64,000 bases of DNA from Rhodothermales bacterium (GTDB lineage: Bacteria > Bacteroidota > Rhodothermia > Rhodothermales > Bin80): NCBI GenBank assembly GCA_965208025.1, contig OZ242302.1:656727-720726 (forward strand), read 5' to 3'. The translations under genes were made by a program, and so were the position numbers. Below the pieces are notes generated by a model. It was not told where the DNA came from. It did not search any database and worked only from the letters and a program-made list of their open reading frames with translations. Shown here piece after piece: positions 59,206 through 64,000 of the stretch. Positions within the stretch are counted from its first letter, which is position 1; each line of letters starts with the position of its first letter.

Positions 59206-59284
59206 TCGCCGATATTGTGATCTACGAAATGACATCAATTTTTCGTCCGACACCTGTGGGATGATCCTCTGAAATATTGTACAG

Positions 59285-60553
59285 ATGATAATACCAAAGC
59301 TCATTCCTCGTCGCTCAGAACAGCAGCTCGTGGAGTTAATTCCACACTCTCCTGCGATAATGATTCATGGCCCCAGACAATCTGGTAAGACAACCTTGGC
59401 AAAGCTAATTGGAGACCGACTCGGTTACTCCTACTATACCTTTGATGACTCAAAAACTCTTGCCTCGGTGCAAAGGGATCCCACAGGGTTTATGAACGCG
59501 CTACCAGACCGAGTCATCCTTGATGAGATCCAACTTGTCCCTGAACTATTTCGGCTACTGAAGTTGTCCATAGACCGTCATCGTAGAAATGGCCAATTTA
59601 TCCTCACGGGCTCAACGAATGTCTTATTTCTTCCAGAGTTGATGGATGCGCTCACTGGTCGCATGATGATTGTTCGTTTACATCCGCTATCACAACTGGA
59701 GATTGAGCAAACGAATTCAACGCCTTTCCTCAAACGACTCTTTAGTGGAGATTTTGGAATGAGTCAAACCGAGCCCCTGAGAAGTAATCTTGCAGAGCGA
59801 ATCGTGGCTGGTGGCTATCCCCCTGCGCTGGCTATCCCAATAGATAGCATACGCTCCGCTTGGTACAACAGCTATGTCATCAGCTTAGTTCAGAATGACA
59901 TTTCTGGGCAGGAAAGTGTTCACTCTCTTGAATCACTTCCTGATTTACTCACCGCCACAGCTAATTTGTCTGCACAGTTGTTTAACGTGTCTTCAATCGC
60001 GGCCACACTGCAAATGAATCGCAATACAGTACGGAACTATCTGATCTTGTTGGAGCGCCAATTCTTGATTAAGAGGCTTCCACCTTGGCACAGCAACAAG
60101 ATGAAAAGGATGATTAAAACACCTAAAATTCATCTTGGCGATACTGGTCTCGCATGTTCGCTTTTAAATATTGATGAAGATGATTTGCTCAGTGATCGTA
60201 ACCTAATGGGCCAACTCGTAGAATCATTTGTGTTTCAGGAATTGAGGCGACAAGTAAGTACGTCTGGTAAGCCTTACAGGTTCTACCATTACCGGGATCG
60301 TGACGGGATTGAAGCAGATCTGATTATTGAGTTCGGAGGCTCCAAATTAGCCGGTATTGAAATCAAAGCAGGTGCATCAATCACTCGTTCCGATTTTAGG
60401 GCGTTACGAAAGATCAAGGCAGCTCATGAAGATAGATTCACGTTTGGTGCACTGCTCTACGACGGAGAACTGTGTGCGAGTTTTGGGGATGGGATGTTTG
60501 CAGTTCCAATCCGCATGCTCTGGGAGACTAATCCGAAACCCTACTCGCCGTAA
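59285..60553 (+). CDS. AAA+ ATPase with DUF4143-like C-terminal domain
   Basis: 422 aa with Walker A IHGPRQSGKTTLAK and Walker B VILDEIQ. The C-terminal region (GDTGLACSLL...GQLVESFVFQELRRQ) is typical of the AAA_14/DUF4143 family. Confidence 0.85.
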   Translation: MIIPKLIPRRSEQQLVELIPHSPAIMIHGPRQSGKTTLAKLIGDRLGYSYYTFDDSKTLASVQRDPTGFMNALPDRVILDEIQLVPELFRLLKLSIDRHRRNGQFILTGSTNVLFLPELMDALTGRMMIVRLHPLSQLEIEQTNSTPFLKRLFSGDFGMSQTEPLRSNLAERIVAGGYPPALAIPIDSIRSAWYNSYVISLVQNDISGQESVHSLESLPDLLTATANLSAQLFNVSSIAATLQMNRNTVRNYLILLERQFLIKRLPPWHSNKMKRMIKTPKIHLGDTGLACSLLNIDEDDLLSDRNLMGQLVESFVFQELRRQVSTSGKPYRFYHYRDRDGIEADLIIEFGGSKLAGIEIKAGASITRSDFRALRKIKAAHEDRFTFGALLYDGELCASFGDGMFAVPIRMLWETNPKPYSP

Positions 60554-60812
60554 AGTGAAGATTCAACCGACCTGGAAGATTCATATCAACTCATCGGTAC
60601 TGCCGCATAGCTATACAAAACCCGTTGCAGGGGATGTGCCATTCTTCATGGAAGTTCATCATATAGTCTAGTGGGCTTAGGATTGCTCACTATAACTCCA
60701 TCAATCACGACACACCCCCATAAAAGTAGGGAACTTAGTTCTCCAAAGAATACTTACGTAATTGTCTATCTTTAGAATCTCACCAGTGTGGTGATGAATT
60801 CCAGAGGATGAT

Positions 60813-62171
60813 TTAATTCGTCAGCACTAACGCCCGGGTCGCTATCTGTCCTGCAACAGTAAGCCGACTGAAATAGGTCCCCGCTGGCAACTGGTCCGCT
60901 TTCCATACCACGCGGTGCTCACCGACCGACCTCAAACCTGATACTGGATGGGCAACCTCACGTCCTAATGCATCATAAATGACCAAAGATACCTGCCGAG
61001 CTTGTTCAAGTACATAAGTGAGTGTTGTAGAATCATTGAAGGGATTCGGATAAGCTGGTGACAAACTAACAATCTGGGGGACACCAATCTCTTCCACGGC
61101 TGTGATTTGGGGAGACTTATGCAAGACTACATGTGCAGGACCGATCCCCGCAGTAAATCGACCAACCTCTGACAGATCATCTCGATTTGCAATCTGAACA
61201 AATCCTGGCTCTGTAAAGGCGACCATAAAGTTACTGTCAAACCGACCAATGTAGAATAGACGCTCCGTAGCATCATATGCCAAACCACCTACCCTCTCGG
61301 TCCCCGAGAAGGTGATGGACTCCTTATACATGTTTGTATTGGTATCAAAAACTAAGACCATCAAGCTGTCACTACGAATCAGAAAAATTTCTTCGCTCGC
61401 GGGACTATAGTAAGAATCTTGACCTGAGGCACTGGCACCGACTTGATGGCTTAACTCAATGCGATTCAGGATTTCACCAGTTTGGGAATTCAATACAACA
61501 GCTTCTCCATTGGTGGTTTCAATAATCTCGGTGAAGTCCGAGTTATAGATCGTGTCTCCTGTACAAAACGCCCAGAGATCACCCTGCTGATCAACTTCAA
61601 GATGCCGGGGCCCATCACATCCTAAATTGATCGTTTCAATTACCCGATCGGTCTGGGTATCAATCACAGTCAGCGTGGAATCTTTACCCCATCCTGAGTT
61701 TGCCACGAACGCACGATTACCTACCACGGCAATATCTTCTGGACTGGAGCCTGTGTCCACAGAGTCGGACACAGTCCCCGTCTGCAGATTCAGCACTTTT
61801 ACTTTGCCTGGATCCAGTAACTCGGATACGTAAGCTTTGTCTTGGTTAACCACGCTGATATATCGCGGACTGGCCACCTTAGGAATCTGCCCGACACGCA
61901 TGTTGGTGGATAAATCCAGTATATCTACATTGTTTGATGTGTTTGACGCAATATAGCCGAAATTACCGTGCAGTGTAATGCTTTGGGCAAGAGTGCCAAA
62001 GTTGGATAGAACCTGCTCTGCCTGTCCGGTTGCATGATCGTACCATGTAATTGAACCATTACGATCAGAAAAATTACCCTGATTAGCGACATACACGCCC
62101 AGAATTTCCTGTGCGGAAACAGGCACAGAGAAAAACATAATGAAGATGCAAAACCGTGAATATATTGTCAT
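60813..62171 (-). CDS. T9SS-secreted YncE/DUF5074-like beta-propeller surface protein
   Basis: 452 aa with a signal peptide (FFSVPVSAQ) and repeated blades (GVYVANQGNFS...ITWYD, AFVANSGWGKDSTLTVID). CTD: LSPAYPNPFNDSTTLTYVL...LVIYDALGREV...AGTYFSRL. Confidence 0.8.
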   Translation of the reverse strand: MTIYSRFCIFIMFFSVPVSAQEILGVYVANQGNFSDRNGSITWYDHATGQAEQVLSNFGTLAQSITLHGNFGYIASNTSNNVDILDLSTNMRVGQIPKVASPRYISVVNQDKAYVSELLDPGKVKVLNLQTGTVSDSVDTGSSPEDIAVVGNRAFVANSGWGKDSTLTVIDTQTDRVIETINLGCDGPRHLEVDQQGDLWAFCTGDTIYNSDFTEIIETTNGEAVVLNSQTGEILNRIELSHQVGASASGQDSYYSPASEEIFLIRSDSLMVLVFDTNTNMYKESITFSGTERVGGLAYDATERLFYIGRFDSNFMVAFTEPGFVQIANRDDLSEVGRFTAGIGPAHVVLHKSPQITAVEEIGVPQIVSLSPAYPNPFNDSTTLTYVLEQARQVSLVIYDALGREVAHPVSGLRSVGEHRVVWKADQLPAGTYFSRLTVAGQIATRALVLTN

Positions 62172-62183
62172 TATTGAAAATAA

Positions 62184-64000
62184 TTAGTGAAATGTGATAG
62201 TGAGGACTAACCGAACCTGCCTCGGAGGCATTGGATTGGCTGGTAGATATTCGTAGCGGATATCCAAAAGATTTTCACCATGGACCCCTACTGCAATTGG
62301 ACCTGCATAGATCTTTAATTGACCATCTAAAAGGAAAAACGGATCTGATTCACTGACCGACGTTATCGCAAGTGCACCAGTATAGTTAGCGGTAATTCTT
62401 GCTGCAATAAATCTCCATCGGAGGTACAAGTGACCTTTGGCAGCGTTGCGCGGAGTAAGCCGTAGGAAAGAGTCGCTTTTCTGTGTCACATGCGTCCACA
62501 CCAAACCTGCTTGACCTTTTGTCATTGGACTCAGATCCCGCTGATAATCAACGGAAGTTTCCAAGCCATAATTCGTCACTTGAGTGAGGTTACGAGGTGA
62601 CCAATATCCAGCTGATGTTGGTTGCCATACGATTTGATCATATAGCTGGATTATAAAGGTGGTCATTTCAACCTGTAGCCCACCCCGCAGCCAGATCATA
62701 CCCGCATCAAATGACGCACCCACTTCTGGCTTCAATTCTGGATTCCCCCCTGGCAGCCAAAATCGGTCATTGAAGGTGGGCATCCTAAATGCCGATGCTG
62801 CGCTTCCCTTCAAATGAAGATTACGTTTCAGACGAACATTCACTCCTAAGCTAGGAATGAGGGGGCTAACTCTTTTTGGACGGACATAATGATCAAGGCG
62901 AAGGGCTGGGTAAATGGTAAGTGATCCCCAACTCCCAATCGCTTGGGCATAGATAGCATAGCGACTCTCCTTATTTCCCTGCTGCAGACTTGGATGGTTT
63001 GCCCGACCTGCCCCTGCTTCTACGCCTCCACTGAATTGCCATGCACGGATTGGCAAGAGTTGAATATTGGCTTGAACAGATGATAATACCGTCCGCCCAG
63101 TGTTATCAATTTCATTACTTGGATTGATATAACGGAGCGACCCAGCCTGCAAAAGACCACCAGCCTTCAATGTACCCCATGCTCGCTTTCGATGAACCTG
63201 CGTCCATCCACGCAAGTGCTCATCCCACTGGCGTTCCCCTGATGCCAATGAAGAATTAATGTTTGGTAGCCCCCGTTCGGCATCGTTATACCACAGGCTA
63301 ACCCGCCATTCGTCTTTGGGACGTGTCCATGTCATTGACCCAAAGATTGAATGTTTTTGTTGATCACCACCTTCACGTGGGGATTCTCGAGGAGGGAACA
63401 GTGCACGATTCAAATAAGGATAATTCCCTTTATATTGGTCAATCTGAGCGGCAAATGTGCCAGATAACCGTCCTATGCGCCTGGTGCTGTAAACAGAACC
63501 GTGGCGTTTCCCCCAAATCCCCGTTTCAGCGTGTGCAATGGTGAGGTTGTCGGCGGCTGTTGTTTGAAGGTTTACCACTCCGCCAATCGCATCAGTACCG
63601 TACAGAACCCCACCTGCCCCAGAGGTGACCTCAACTGAATTCAACAGAATTGTTGGAAGTAGGGACAGATCCAGTTGTCCAGCCTGAGGGCTTGCAATTC
63701 GGTGGCCATCCAGCAGAACAAGTGTTTGAGATGCGGTTCCGCCGCGCTGAGATAATGTAGATAATCCCCCAACGTACTGCCTCACATACAATGCCGAACG
63801 CTGGCGAAGAAGATCCGCCACAATCAATGAGCCAGACGCTATGATGGCACTCCGATCAAGAATCTGCGTCCGTATAGGAGCGCGAACCACTGAAACGGGC
63901 GTCCGCAAAGCAGTGACCGTAATCGGAGGCAAAGACAAAGTACTATCGGCTACCTGTCTGGCAGAGACCAGAAGTGGCTGAAGTACACAAATAAGAAGAA
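62184..64000 (-). CDS. TonB-dependent receptor, BtuB-sized (5' end outside the window)
   Basis: The reading frame stays open to the window edge, and upstream codons read ...LLICVLQPLLVSARQVADST, a signal-peptide-like stretch. Plug motifs are TLVLLDGHRIASPQ and LYGTDAIGGVVNLQT. The roughly 600-aa barrel is smaller than SusC-type receptors. Confidence 0.85.
   Translation of the reverse strand, partial: LLICVLQPLLVSARQVADSTLSLPPITVTALRTPVSVVRAPIRTQILDRSAIIASGSLIVADLLRQRSALYVRQYVGGLSTLSQRGGTASQTLVLLDGHRIASPQAGQLDLSLLPTILLNSVEVTSGAGGVLYGTDAIGGVVNLQTTAADNLTIAHAETGIWGKRHGSVYSTRRIGRLSGTFAAQIDQYKGNYPYLNRALFPPRESPREGGDQQKHSIFGSMTWTRPKDEWRVSLWYNDAERGLPNINSSLASGERQWDEHLRGWTQVHRKRAWGTLKAGGLLQAGSLRYINPSNEIDNTGRTVLSSVQANIQLLPIRAWQFSGGVEAGAGRANHPSLQQGNKESRYAIYAQAIGSWGSLTIYPALRLDHYVRPKRVSPLIPSLGVNVRLKRNLHLKGSAASAFRMPTFNDRFWLPGGNPELKPEVGASFDAGMIWLRGGLQVEMTTFIIQLYDQIVWQPTSAGYWSPRNLTQVTNYGLETSVDYQRDLSPMTKGQAGLVWTHVTQKSDSFLRLTPRNAAKGHLYLRWRFIAARITANYTGALAITSVSESDPFFLLDGQLKIYAGPIAVGVHGENLLDIRYEYLPANPMPPRQVRLVLTITFH

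Overview
This is a 64-kb chromosomal segment from a bacterium with a type IX secretion system (T9SS). It is probably an FCB-group marine lineage (Bacteroidota/Balneolota/Marinimicrobia-like); that guess rests on four proteins ending in the NYPNPFNP-type T9SS C-terminal sorting domain (CTD), a PorV-like barrel and gene content, not on any search. The conserved backbone is etfBA, an RND efflux locus, class II DAHP synthase, an HPF-like gene, M32 carboxypeptidase, tRNA-Thr(CGU), a hydroxyproline-utilisation pair, mnmA, apt, ridA, radA, mlaEFD, dusB and an NPP phosphodiesterase. Three accessory patches full of mobile-element scars interrupt it. Patch 1 (21.7-25.6 kb) holds a MITE-like element, solo IS ends, a tandem-repeat coiled-coil protein and a GIY-YIG/DUF4357 nuclease. 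Patch 2 (36.8-45.6 kb) is a fragmented defence-type island. It carries a LOG/SLOG-like Rossmann protein translationally coupled to a 69-aa ORF, a membrane-anchored orphan, two unrelated DDE transposases back to back, and a standalone OLD-family ATPase-Toprim nuclease. Patch 3 (54.5-60.7 kb) holds transposase pseudogenes, a G-depleted tract, a triplicated promoter-like motif and an AAA/DUF4143 ATPase. The best candidates for something undescribed are the IS-bracketed SLOG cassette with the orphan OLD nuclease, and a five-gene minus-strand operon (45.6-54.5 kb) that links a TonB-dependent receptor to its own PorV paralog and T9SS cargo. A four-gene ECF sigma operon with two paralogous secreted proteins is also of interest. 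All family calls come from motifs read by eye in the translations. No database search was run.
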